From positions 4,109-68,108 of the forward strand of contig JAILBY010000026.1 in assembly GCA_024680655.1 (NCBI GenBank): DNA of 64,000 bases, written 5' to 3'. The notes under the pieces were generated by a model. It was given only the letters and a program-made list of their open reading frames with translations. It did not search any database and was not told the origin of the DNA. This document shows, one piece after another, positions 37,688 through 46,686 of this stretch. Position 1 is the first letter of the stretch. Each line of letters begins with the position of its first letter. Both the position numbers and the translations under genes were made by a program. The DNA comes from Clostridiales bacterium. GTDB taxonomy: Bacteria; Bacillota; Clostridia; Oscillospirales; Acutalibacteraceae.

Positions 37688-38141
37688 GACAATAAAGATG
37701 AACAGAAAAACGCTGGATGAATTTATACAATTTATAAAGTTTTGCATTGTAGGCGTTACGAACAATGTGATTTTTTATGTCGTTAACATTGCCATTCTTT
37801 TTCTATTTAATGAGCGTGCTTTTGAATGGGATTACATGATCGCAAACATCGCGGGCTTTCTAATCAGCGTTCTCTGGTCGTTTTATTGGAACAACAAGTT
37901 CGTCTTCAAGGCGGGCGAAAGTGAGAAGCGTTCTCTTTTGAAGAGTTTGCTTAAGACATATATGGCTTATGGGTTTACAGGAGTTGTTTTAAACAATGTT
38001 CTTTCTTATGTGTGGATTGAGGTGTTTGGAGTTTCCAAATTTATTGCTCCACTTATAAATCTGTTTCTTACAGTTCCTGTAAATTTCCTAATCAATAAAC
38101 TATGGGCTTTTAGAACAACAAAAAATGGAGGAGAACAATGA
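37677..38141 (+). CDS. GtrA-family small membrane protein (candidate lipid-linked sugar translocase)
   Basis: FIKFCIVGVTNNVIFYVVN and NKLWAFR; 4 TM helices. Alternative start ATG 37698. Confidence 0.8.
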   Translation: MFFKTIKMNRKTLDEFIQFIKFCIVGVTNNVIFYVVNIAILFLFNERAFEWDYMIANIAGFLISVLWSFYWNNKFVFKAGESEKRSLLKSLLKTYMAYGFTGVVLNNVLSYVWIEVFGVSKFIAPLINLFLTVPVNFLINKLWAFRTTKNGGEQ

Positions 38142-38172
38142 TTCATCCAACTGCTGATAGGAGAGATAGATA

Positions 38173-38712
38173 ATGGCTAAAGAAATAAAGAGAGAAAATC
38201 TTTGTGGCAAATATGTAACATTGAGAGAAGTGTCTGTTGATGATGCAGATTTCATTCTTGCTCTTAGATGCGATGAAAAAAAAGCGAGGTTTCTTAACAA
38301 AATTAACAATGACAAAAATGCGCAGGTTGCCTACATAAAAAGATATCTTGCGACCACTGATGAATGGTATTTTATCAGCGAAAGTAAGGACGGCAGGAAA
38401 CTTGGGGCTATCAGAATATATGATTTGAGGAGCGACAGTTTTTCTTTTGGAAGCTGGGTTATGATAGACGGAGTTACTATGTCTGAAGCCTTTGAAACTG
38501 ATTATCTTACTAGAATGTACGGATTTAATGTACTTGGGTTTAACAAGAATCATTTTGATGTGCGAAAAGATAATGAAAAAGTCTTAAAGTATCATCAATT
38601 CCTGGGGGCGAAAAAAGTAGGAGAAACGGAACTTTGTTATTTGTATGAAGTTACCAAGAACGAATTTGTAAAAAGAGCAAACCTTATGTGGAAGTTGTCA
38701 GAGTCCAAATAA
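38173..38712 (+). CDS. GNAT-family N-acyltransferase
   Basis: 179 aa. AGGAG lies 9 nt upstream. RimJ/L-like N-terminus VTLREVSVDDADFILALR and a beta-strand core. Confidence 0.6.
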   Translation: MAKEIKRENLCGKYVTLREVSVDDADFILALRCDEKKARFLNKINNDKNAQVAYIKRYLATTDEWYFISESKDGRKLGAIRIYDLRSDSFSFGSWVMIDGVTMSEAFETDYLTRMYGFNVLGFNKNHFDVRKDNEKVLKYHQFLGAKKVGETELCYLYEVTKNEFVKRANLMWKLSESK

Positions 38713-38756
38713 AAACTGCTTAAAAACTATAAATATATATGTAAGGAGCAATAATT

Positions 38757-39047
38757 ATGAAAGAAAAAATTAAAGCATTAGTAATCGACTCTTTGAATGA
38801 GTCAAAAGAAACAAATAATCTCGATTTTGAGATTAATGACGAGACAATTCTTTTGGGGGAAAACGCCGTAATGGATTCATTCGACTTTGTTTCATTCGTT
38901 TCTACTCTTGAAGAAAAGATTGCAGATGCTTTTGGCAAATCAATAACTGTTGTAAGCGAGAAGGCGTTCTCAAAGAAATACAGTCCGTTCAAAACAATTG
39001 ACCGTATTTCTGATTACATCATCGAACTTTTGAATGAGGCTGAGTAA
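38757..39047 (+). CDS. Acyl carrier protein-like
   Basis: 96 aa. AAGGAG lies 8 nt upstream. LLGENAVMDSFDFVSFVSTLEEK carries a DSx phosphopantetheinylation-type motif. Confidence 0.7.
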   Translation: MKEKIKALVIDSLNESKETNNLDFEINDETILLGENAVMDSFDFVSFVSTLEEKIADAFGKSITVVSEKAFSKKYSPFKTIDRISDYIIELLNEAE

Positions 39048-39740
39048 ATGATTATCCTTATAACAGGTACAAGCCGGGGCATAGGAAAATATCTTGCAGA
39101 AAAGTTTCTTGCTGCAGGTCATACAGTAATCGGTTTCTGTCGTAGCGAATGTGATATTCATAATGAGAATTTTTATCATTTTACAGCCGATGTTACCGAT
39201 GAAAAAGGTGTTGTAAAAGCTCTTGGTGAAGTACGGAAGCAGTTTGGTTGTATTGATGTTCTTGTCAATAATGCCGGAATTGCTTCCATGAATCATTTCT
39301 GTCTTACACCCCTTGAAACTGCAAAGCGGATTATGAATGTGAACTTCTTCGGAACTTTCCTTATGACTCGTGAATGTGCAAAACTTCTTCGCAAGAGCAA
39401 GAATGCGAGAATCATTAATTTTAGCACCGTGGCCGTTCCTCTCAACCTTGAAGGGGAGGCTTCTTATGCGGCATCTAAATCTGCGATTGAAACTCTCACT
39501 CGCACAACTTCGAAAGAACTCTCTGGTTATGGTATTACGGTAAACGCTGTTGGTCCTGTGCCGATTAAAACGGCTCTTATTGCAGGCGTGCCGGAAGATA
39601 AAATTCAGAACTTGCTTTCTCATCAGGCAATCAAACGCTTTGGTGAACCAGAAGATGTTTATAATGTAATTGATTTTTATATCAAGCCAGAGAGCAACTT
39701 TATTACAGGTCAGATTATGTATCTTGGAGGGATTAATTAA
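39048..39740 (+). CDS. SDR, 3-oxoacyl-ACP reductase (FabG)-like
   Basis: ILITGTSRGIGKYL, NNAGI, YAASKSAIE (YxxxK). Confidence 0.88.
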   Translation: MIILITGTSRGIGKYLAEKFLAAGHTVIGFCRSECDIHNENFYHFTADVTDEKGVVKALGEVRKQFGCIDVLVNNAGIASMNHFCLTPLETAKRIMNVNFFGTFLMTRECAKLLRKSKNARIINFSTVAVPLNLEGEASYAASKSAIETLTRTTSKELSGYGITVNAVGPVPIKTALIAGVPEDKIQNLLSHQAIKRFGEPEDVYNVIDFYIKPESNFITGQIMYLGGIN

Positions 39741-41065
39741 TGTCTTGCATTGACTTTATTATAGATGACATAAAATCTTTTGGAGAAGAAATTGCAATCG
39801 TCACTGATGGAAAAGAGTATACCTACAAAGATTTGCTTTCTGAGTATGAAAATGCAGTTGCTTTTCTTGATGAAAATAAAGTTCCTGACTGTTCGGTTGT
39901 AGCGCTTCGTGGTGAGTTCTCTCCTAAAACAATCGGCATGATGCTTGCGATTATTGGAAAGAATTGCATATATGTTCCAGTTTCTACGGCTGTTAAAGAA
40001 CCTGTAAAATATATCGAGATTTCAGAAGTTCAGTTCTATATCGACGGTTTAACTGTTACGAAATACGACACGATGCCAAAACATCAGATTCTGACTGGCC
40101 TTATTAACGAAAATCATCCAGGACTTGTTTTATTTTCTTCTGGAACAACAGGTGACCCAAAAGCGGCTGTTCATAATCTTGTTCCCATGCTTGAGAAATA
40201 CAAGGCAAAGGGTAAGAAAATAAAGTCACTTGCATTTTTGTTGTTTGACCATATTGGCGGTTTTAATACTGTTATGTACAACATTTCAAACGGAGGCATG
40301 CTTGTAACCCTTAAGAACAGAAGCCCGGAAGAAGTTGCTTCATATATTGAAAAATATAAGCTAGAGTTGCTCCCGACCTCTCCGTCTTTCCTCAATATGA
40401 TTTTGTATTCTCACATTTATGAAAAGTATGATTTTTCTTCACTAAAAATTATCAGCTACGGAACAGAACCTATGCCGGAATCTACGCTTAAAATGATGCA
40501 TCAGATATTCCCGGATGTAAAACTTAAGCAAACTTATGGACTTTCAGAAGTCGGCATTATGCGCACTAAGTCTGAAAGTTCTGATTCTCTATGGCTTAAA
40601 GTTGGTGGCGATGAAGATCATCAGATTAAGATTGTGGATGGAATTCTTTTTATTAAGTCAAAGATGTCTATGCTCGGTTATTTGAATGCTCCAAGTCCTT
40701 TTGATGAAGATGGTTGGATGAATACAAAGGATCGTGTTGAACAGAAAGGCGAATACATAAAAATTCTTGGTCGTGTGTCAGAACTTATAAATGTTGGTGG
40801 CGAGAAGGTTTATCCTGCTGAAGTTGAAAGCGTTTTGCTTGAAGTTCCGGGGGTAAAGGACGCAATCGTTGGTAAAATGCCGAATCCTATTCTTGGAAGT
40901 GTTGTTACCTGCAAGGTTGCCGCCGATGAAGGACATGATTTGACAGAGCTCAAGAAGGCAATACAAAAGCATTGTACTGAACGTTTGGAGAAATTCAAGA
41001 GGCCAGTGAAGATTGAGTTTCGGGAATCTTCGTTCAATACTGCAAGATTTAAAAGATTACGATAA
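39740..41065 (+). CDS. AMP-dependent synthetase/ligase (acyl-ACP or acyl-CoA ligase, DltA-like size)
   Basis: Adenylation motifs LFSSGTTGDPKAAVH, SYGTEPM, DGWMNTKDRV, NVGGEKVYPAEVE. Its start shares a base with the SDR stop. Confidence 0.9.
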   Translation: MSCIDFIIDDIKSFGEEIAIVTDGKEYTYKDLLSEYENAVAFLDENKVPDCSVVALRGEFSPKTIGMMLAIIGKNCIYVPVSTAVKEPVKYIEISEVQFYIDGLTVTKYDTMPKHQILTGLINENHPGLVLFSSGTTGDPKAAVHNLVPMLEKYKAKGKKIKSLAFLLFDHIGGFNTVMYNISNGGMLVTLKNRSPEEVASYIEKYKLELLPTSPSFLNMILYSHIYEKYDFSSLKIISYGTEPMPESTLKMMHQIFPDVKLKQTYGLSEVGIMRTKSESSDSLWLKVGGDEDHQIKIVDGILFIKSKMSMLGYLNAPSPFDEDGWMNTKDRVEQKGEYIKILGRVSELINVGGEKVYPAEVESVLLEVPGVKDAIVGKMPNPILGSVVTCKVAADEGHDLTELKKAIQKHCTERLEKFKRPVKIEFRESSFNTARFKRLR

Positions 41066-41078
41066 TGGTTTGATAAAA

Positions 41079-41250
41079 ATGAAGTACATTTACAAAAGAA
41101 CAAATGATTTGACGGAGAATGAGATACAAGAAATTTGCTCGGTTTTTGAAACTGTTTTTGCAGGTATTGAAAAAAAACTGTGACGTATTTCAAAAACGAG
41201 ACTGTGAAGTCCTTTATGTAAATTCAGCAGGCTGCGGTAAAAAGTTTTAA
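41079..41250 (+). pseudogene. Truncated and frameshifted 5' remnant of an unidentified gene next to the IS relic
   Basis: ATG 41079 gives MKYIYKRTNDLTENEIQEICSVFETVFAGIEKKL, stopping right after an A8 tract (41170-41177). An alternative frame continues CDVFQKRDCEVLYVNSAGCGKKF and then ends. Confidence 0.35.
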
Positions 41251-41268
41251 TGCGGGCGTGTTCCGCAA

Positions 41269-41295
41269 GCAGCTGGCAGCTGCCGTTTCTTTTCT
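41269..41295 (+). terminator. Short GC hairpin plus T-rich tail (weak intrinsic terminator candidate)
   Basis: gcagct-ggc-agctgc (41269-41283) followed by cgtttcttttct. Confidence 0.3.
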
Positions 41296-41320
41296 GAATA
41301 TAAACTATTGCTGAAGATAG

Positions 41321-41886
41321 TGTACAATAAAGTTCGCAATTTGGGGTAGGAAAAAGCCATTGAAAATTCCAAAATGTTGGTGACCAAACTAACAAAGAGG
41401 AAAAGACAATGGCCAAGAAGAGCGATACCACATTTTTCGAAAAAAACTACTGGATTTTGTAACCGAAAAGGATCCGATGCTGGAGATGCTTCAGTGGGTG
41501 ATGGACAAGTTCATGGAGATTGAAGTCGCCCACAAAACGGGAGCTGGAAAAGGGGTTCACTCAAGAAAGCGAGCAGGCGCTCATTCAGGTCGTGCAGGAA
41601 TGCTGGCTGAACGGAGTCTCCACCCGCAAGATTTCAAGCACGAACACGCTTGAGCGGCTCAACCGCGAAATCCGCAGACGTTCGTCCGTTGTCGGCATTT
41701 TTCCTTCAACGGATTCTTACATCAGGCTGATAACAAGCTATCTGCTTGAGTATTCAGAGGACTGGCAGACTGAGAGGAGCTACATGAATGCCGGCTCAAT
41801 AAAAGTTCAAAAGGAGATTCTGTTTAACGCAGCATGATGGATTTTTTGGCTTTTTTCAAAAACGAAATTGCGAACTAAACTTGACA
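41321..41886 (+). mobile_element. IS256-family insertion sequence relic with internal deletions and recognisable terminal inverted repeats
   Basis: Transposase fragments: MAKKSDTTFFEK(frameshift at A7)LLDFVTEKDPMLEMLQWVMDKFMEIEVAHKTGAGKG, ALIQVVQECWLNGVSTRKI, and STNTLERLNREIRRRSSVVGIFPSTDSYIRLITSYLLEYSEDWQ. Left agttcgcaattt (41331-41342) and aaaaagcca (41351-41359) are mirrored by tggcttttt (41847-41855) and aaattgcgaact (41865-41876). Confidence 0.75.
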
Positions 41887-42064
41887 TAGTCAAAAGGTGG
41901 CTCTTGAGACGTTTTGAAAACTTTTTTTAGGCTAGTCCTAGACTGGCTGAAAAAAAATTTTTTCGGAAGACTCTGCATGGAAGTTGATTAAAAATGATTT
42001 ATGAGGTAAACTAATAGTTCGAGGTGTTTTTTTTTAATATTAGTTATAACCTAGACAATGCTTT

Positions 42065-42760
42065 ATGAAAATTCTTGCCATTGTTCCGGCGTATAATGAA
42101 GCCGCAAATATAGAGAAGACTGTCGCAAATTTAAAGTCCTGCGGAAGTTCGGTTGATTATGTAGTCATAAATGACTGCTCCACCGACAACACTTTGGATA
42201 TACTAAAAGCAAATGATTTTAACTACATTAGTTTGCCTGTAAATCTTGGTATTGGCGGCGGCGTTCAGACTGGATATAAATATGGCGTTGAAAATGGTTA
42301 TGACATTATAATTCAGCAGGATGGCGATGGGCAACATGACCCCAAATATATAAAGGATGTTTGTGCTCCTATAATAAACGGAGATGCGGATATTGTTGTT
42401 GGGAGTCGATTTATAACAAATGAAGGCTTTCAGTCTAGCGGAACGCGCCGTATAGGTATTGGTTTCTTAAGTTGGCTTATAAAACTAAAGTGTGGAACTG
42501 TTGTGAAAGATGTTACAAGCGGATACAGGGCTGTGAACAATAAATACTCGCTTTTTTTTGCCCGCAATTATCCGCAGGATTATCCAGAGCCAGAAGCTAT
42601 CGTTTCAGCTTCTTTGGCTGGTGCGAGGATAAAGGAAGTGCCTGTTGTTATGAAAGAAAGGGAGTATGGAAAATCCTCGATAAATCTAAAGCGTTCTATT
42701 TATTATATGATTAAGGTTTCATTGGCGATACTTTTATGCAAAAAGGAGAGCGATATATGA
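42065..42760 (+). CDS. GT2-family glycosyltransferase (DPM1/GtrB-like catalytic domain without TM)
   Basis: ILAIVPAYNEAANI, VVINDCSTDNT, IIQQDGDGQHDP. Confidence 0.85.
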   Translation: MKILAIVPAYNEAANIEKTVANLKSCGSSVDYVVINDCSTDNTLDILKANDFNYISLPVNLGIGGGVQTGYKYGVENGYDIIIQQDGDGQHDPKYIKDVCAPIINGDADIVVGSRFITNEGFQSSGTRRIGIGFLSWLIKLKCGTVVKDVTSGYRAVNNKYSLFFARNYPQDYPEPEAIVSASLAGARIKEVPVVMKEREYGKSSINLKRSIYYMIKVSLAILLCKKESDI

Positions 42761-43107
42761 CAGATAGATTGAGGGTGTTTGTTACAATTGGAATTGTTTT
42801 GTATTTTTTGTTGTTGTCTTTGTTGGTAAAAAAAAAACATATTTCGCTTAGATATGCTCTTGTTTGGGGCGTTTTGGGGTTAGTTTTTTTGGCTTTGGAT
42901 GTTTTTCCCGGTTTGCTTGTCCAAATATGTGATTTTTTTGGAATCCAAACACCTGTTTTTGCTTTATTTGCTGTTTTTTTTACACTTGTTTTTTTTGTTC
43001 TTATTGTTTTTACAGGGGTCGTTAGTAGACAGGCAGAAAAAATACGGACTCTAGTTCAAACTGCGGCATTGTTGGAAAAACGAATTATGAATATGGAACA
43101 AGATTGA
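42757..43107 (+). CDS. Small membrane protein, DUF2304-like partner of the GT2
   Basis: ATGA overlap; AGGAG lies 8 nt upstream of ATG 42757. Three or four TM helices, then the amphipathic tail EKIRTLVQTAALLEKRIMNMEQD. Contains an in-frame A10 tract (42828-42837). Confidence 0.6.
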   Translation: MTDRLRVFVTIGIVLYFLLLSLLVKKKHISLRYALVWGVLGLVFLALDVFPGLLVQICDFFGIQTPVFALFAVFFTLVFFVLIVFTGVVSRQAEKIRTLVQTAALLEKRIMNMEQD

Positions 43108-43152
43108 TTGAGAAACTCAAGATAAATAATCTGTAAGAGAGGAAAGAATAAT

Positions 43153-44196
43153 ATGTCTTTGTATAGCGGAAAAAGGTTGCTTATAACTGGGGGTACTGGG
43201 TCTTTTGGAAATACCGTGCTCAAGCATTTTCTAAAATCTGATATAGAAGAAATCCGAATATTTAGTCGAGATGAAAAAAAGCAGGATGATATGCGTCATG
43301 GTTTGCAGACAGACTGTCCTGAATTTGCACAAAAAGTGAAATTCTATATAGGAGACGTTCGAAACTATCAGTCAATTAAAGATGCGATGTCTGGCATTGA
43401 CTATGTCTTTCATGCGGCGGCTTTAAAGCAGGTTCCCAGTTGTGAATTCTTTCCGATGGAAGCTGTTCGGACAAATGTTATTGGAACGGACAATATGCTC
43501 CACGCGGCTATGGAAAATGGTGTAAAAAGGGTTGTCTGCCTTTCTACAGATAAAGCGGCGTATCCAATTAATGCGATGGGAATATCAAAGGCTATGATGG
43601 AGCATGTTATCTATGCAAACGCACGTATTGCGGCCGAACGAGGAGATACGGTGATTTGTTGTACTCGATATGGTAATGTAATGTGCAGCCGTGGATCGGT
43701 GATACCTCTTTTCATTGATCAGATAAAGGCTGGCAACCCCATTACAGTTACTGATTCCAATATGACAAGGTTTCTTATGAATTTGGATGAGGCGGTGGAT
43801 CTTGTTCAGTTTGCTTTTGAGCATGCTAATCCTGGTGATTTGTTTATACAGAAGTCGGACGCTTCCACAATAGGAGATCTTGCAAAGGCCGTGCAAAAGT
43901 TATTCGGCGATACAGGGATAAATGTTATTGGAACTAGGCATGGTGAAAAATTGTATGAGACGCTGATGACTTGTGAAGAAAGATTGCGCAGTGAGGATAT
44001 GGGCGGATATTATCGTGTTGCTGCGGACAGTCGTGATTTGAATTATGATAAGTTTTTTGTGAAGGGAGAGGTTCATACTATGGCGAAGGAAGCTTATACA
44101 AGCCATAATACACGCCGACTTGATGTTGACGGCACAGTTGAAAAGATTCTTACGACGGATTATGTAAAAGGCGCGCTTGCATCTTGGAAAATATAA
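43153..44196 (+). CDS. UDP-GlcNAc 4,6-dehydratase/5-epimerase (FnlA/CapE/WbvB family)
   Basis: LLITGGTGSFGNTVLKHFL, IRIFSRDEKKQDDM, LSTDKAAYPINAMGISKAMME. Confidence 0.9.
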   Translation: MSLYSGKRLLITGGTGSFGNTVLKHFLKSDIEEIRIFSRDEKKQDDMRHGLQTDCPEFAQKVKFYIGDVRNYQSIKDAMSGIDYVFHAAALKQVPSCEFFPMEAVRTNVIGTDNMLHAAMENGVKRVVCLSTDKAAYPINAMGISKAMMEHVIYANARIAAERGDTVICCTRYGNVMCSRGSVIPLFIDQIKAGNPITVTDSNMTRFLMNLDEAVDLVQFAFEHANPGDLFIQKSDASTIGDLAKAVQKLFGDTGINVIGTRHGEKLYETLMTCEERLRSEDMGGYYRVAADSRDLNYDKFFVKGEVHTMAKEAYTSHNTRRLDVDGTVEKILTTDYVKGALASWKI

Positions 44197-45414
44197 ATGA
44201 AGAAACGTATTCTTATTGTTTGCCAGCATTTTTGGCCTGAAAATTTTCGTATAAACGATATCGCAAAGAATTTCGTGGAGCACGGTTATGAAGTTGATGC
44301 TTTATGCGGAATTCCAAATTACCCTAAAGGAGAATTCTTTTCAGGATATGGTTTTTTTCGACGTCGACACGAAGAATACGAGGGTATAAGGATTTTTAGA
44401 TGTGGGGAGGTTCCCCGCAAAGGGAATACTTATTTCAGAATATTTCTTAATTATATATCATTTCCCTTCTTCAGTCTCTTCCACGTATTTCCAAGGTTGT
44501 TTACACATTATGACGTGGTCTTCTTATACCAGCTTTCTCCCGTAATTATGGTATGGGCGGGCATGCTTATTGCAAAAATAAAAAAATTGCCAACTGTAAT
44601 GTATGTATTGGATTTGTGGCCTGATAATTTGTATTCCGTTTTAGATATTAAAAACAAGTTTTTGAGAAAAATTGCCGTAACAATGTCTCATTGGCATTAT
44701 CGGCATGCCAGTAGGCTTATAGCGATTTCTCCCAGAATGCAAAAAAAACTTTATGATATAACAGAGAATAAAAGTATCATTACAGTTCCTCAGTTTTGTG
44801 AAAAGATTTATGAGACTACTATTTATGATGAGAGTTTAAATGACAGGTTTAAAAATGGATTTAATATTGTGTATGCAGGAAATATAAGTCCTGCACAGAA
44901 TTATTCGTTAATAGCAAAAACTGCCAAAATTTTAGTCGATGACTATGGAATTAAAGATATTAATTGGATTATTGTTGGTGACGGCATGTCAAAAAATGAT
45001 TTTGAAAGAATTATTGCTGACTATGCATTGGAGGATATTTTCTATTTTGAAGGGATGCACCCAATGGAAGACATACCGAAGTATGCTTATATAGCTGATG
45101 GTCTTCTTGCGGCATTGACAAAAACACCTGGTTTAGATTGTACTATACCCGCAAGAGTAATCTCGTATTTTGCAGCTGGCAAGCCGCTGTTGCTTTCTAT
45201 GGATGGAGATGCCACGGATTTGGTTAATGGTCAGAATTGTGGTTTTGCTTCTGCGGCAGGTGATGTGGAGCAATTTGCTGAGAATATATGCAAGTTGTAT
45301 AGAATGAATGACAGTGAACGAACCAAGATGGGGGATAATGCAAAGAAAGTTTATATGGAGAATTTTGAGAGAGGTGATTGTCTTGCAAGGTTGATTGCTT
45401 TTATTCAGCCCTAG
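44197..45414 (+). CDS. GT4 glycosyltransferase, WbuB-like
   Basis: ILIVCQHFWPENFRINDIAKNFVEHGYEVD is a WbuB-type N-terminus. It is adjacent to the 6-deoxy-L-HexNAc genes. Confidence 0.75.
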   Translation: MKKRILIVCQHFWPENFRINDIAKNFVEHGYEVDALCGIPNYPKGEFFSGYGFFRRRHEEYEGIRIFRCGEVPRKGNTYFRIFLNYISFPFFSLFHVFPRLFTHYDVVFLYQLSPVIMVWAGMLIAKIKKLPTVMYVLDLWPDNLYSVLDIKNKFLRKIAVTMSHWHYRHASRLIAISPRMQKKLYDITENKSIITVPQFCEKIYETTIYDESLNDRFKNGFNIVYAGNISPAQNYSLIAKTAKILVDDYGIKDINWIIVGDGMSKNDFERIIADYALEDIFYFEGMHPMEDIPKYAYIADGLLAALTKTPGLDCTIPARVISYFAAGKPLLLSMDGDATDLVNGQNCGFASAAGDVEQFAENICKLYRMNDSERTKMGDNAKKVYMENFERGDCLARLIAFIQP

Positions 45415-45457
45415 GATTGTTTGAAAATATATGAGGCGGGGGGAGAGGAAACGAAAT

Positions 45458-45808
45458 ATGAAAAATATTGTTGAATGTGTTGTGTACCTACTGTTGGCTC
45501 TTGCTGGTATGACATTAATAAAGATGGGAGGTCGTTCGTCAGGGCAATTTATACATCTGCTCGGTTTCTCAGTTAGTTTGCAAACTATTGCGGGCATGTT
45601 CTTTTATGGATTAAGTTTTTTGTTGTATACATTTTTAATTTCAAAAATGCAATTAAGTATTACGATACCGGTTCTTTCGATGGTGAGCAACTGCGCTGTA
45701 GTAATGATAGGCATGATAGTTTTTAAGGAAGTGTTAAAACCCGGGCAGATTGTTGGAATAACCATTATGATCGCCGGAGTGTTTATAATGGGATTCTTTT
45801 CAAAATGA
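45458..45808 (+). CDS. SMR/EamA-like 4-TM small membrane protein (ArnE/ArnF-like flippase subunit candidate)
   Basis: About 116 aa with 4 hydrophobic helices. ggagagg RBS before ATG 45458; the track start 45431 is trimmed. Confidence 0.5.
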   Translation: MKNIVECVVYLLLALAGMTLIKMGGRSSGQFIHLLGFSVSLQTIAGMFFYGLSFLLYTFLISKMQLSITIPVLSMVSNCAVVMIGMIVFKEVLKPGQIVGITIMIAGVFIMGFFSK

Positions 45809-46686
45809 ATAATAAGAAAGTGGTTGTTTTGGGCGCGACAGGAATGGCGGGTCATGTCGTTTATATGTATCTTGCTGAGACAGACAAATATGATGTCGTA
45901 ACAGTATGCCATTCGGGAAAAATAGGAGCAAAAAACTATGAGCTTGATGTGTACAATACAGAGGAGTTAGCACGGATACTTTTTTTAGAGAAGCCGGATG
46001 TTGTTATAAACTGCATTGGGGTCCTCATAGCGGGGGCAAGAAATAATCCCTCCAATGCAATTTATGTCAATGCATATTTTCCTCATGTGCTCTCAAAATC
46101 TTTGCATTCTATCCTTCCAAATTCTAAAGTAATTCAAATAAGCACAGATTGTGTTTTTTCAGGAAACGAGGGAGGGTATAAGGATTCTGATGTAAAGAAT
46201 GCTCTTGATACATACGGCATGACAAAGAATCTTGGCGAGCTTATAAATGATAGGGATTTAACACTTCGGACTTCTATAATTGGACCAGAATTGAAGAGAA
46301 ATGGCGAAGGCCTTATGCATTGGGTTTTTTCTCAAAAAACTGTAGGTGAACTTAATGGTTGGCAGAAGTCTTTTTGGGGCGGGGTTACGACCCTTGAACT
46401 TGCAAAAGTTATGGATGCGGTTATTGATTCAAATTTGACAGGTTTGTATCAGATATCAAATAATGAAGCGATTAGTAAATATGATTTAGTTTCTCTAATA
46501 GTGAAGGAGTTTGAGCTTCCCATAAAAGTGAATGCGATTGAGGGAAATGTGTGCGACAAGTCTATATTCAATTCTATTCGTGCCGATTTTTCTTATAATG
46601 TTCCTTCGTATAAAGACATGATTTCTGAAATACATTCGTTTATGAGCGTCCACAAAGCATTATATACTCAATATCTTGGAGAATGA
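45805..46686 (+). CDS. RmlD-like SDR reductase (candidate C-4 reductase of the 6-deoxy-L-HexNAc pathway)
   Basis: VVVLGATGMAGHVV, ISTDCVFSG, YGMTKNLGE (YxxxK). 293 aa, which is RmlD/WbvR-sized rather than CapF-sized. Confidence 0.75.
   Translation: MNNKKVVVLGATGMAGHVVYMYLAETDKYDVVTVCHSGKIGAKNYELDVYNTEELARILFLEKPDVVINCIGVLIAGARNNPSNAIYVNAYFPHVLSKSLHSILPNSKVIQISTDCVFSGNEGGYKDSDVKNALDTYGMTKNLGELINDRDLTLRTSIIGPELKRNGEGLMHWVFSQKTVGELNGWQKSFWGGVTTLELAKVMDAVIDSNLTGLYQISNNEAISKYDLVSLIVKEFELPIKVNAIEGNVCDKSIFNSIRADFSYNVPSYKDMISEIHSFMSVHKALYTQYLGE

Noticed and set aside
41520-41837. 105-aa ORF as an intact gene
   Set aside because: It is the fused middle and C-terminal remnant of an IS256-type transposase, about one quarter of normal length, with an alternative-start artefact.
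41890-42064. Invertible-promoter (shufflon-like) element between modules 3 and 4
   Set aside because: I looked for flanking inverted repeats around the A8/T6 and T9 tracts and the ctag-rich segment and found none of convincing length.
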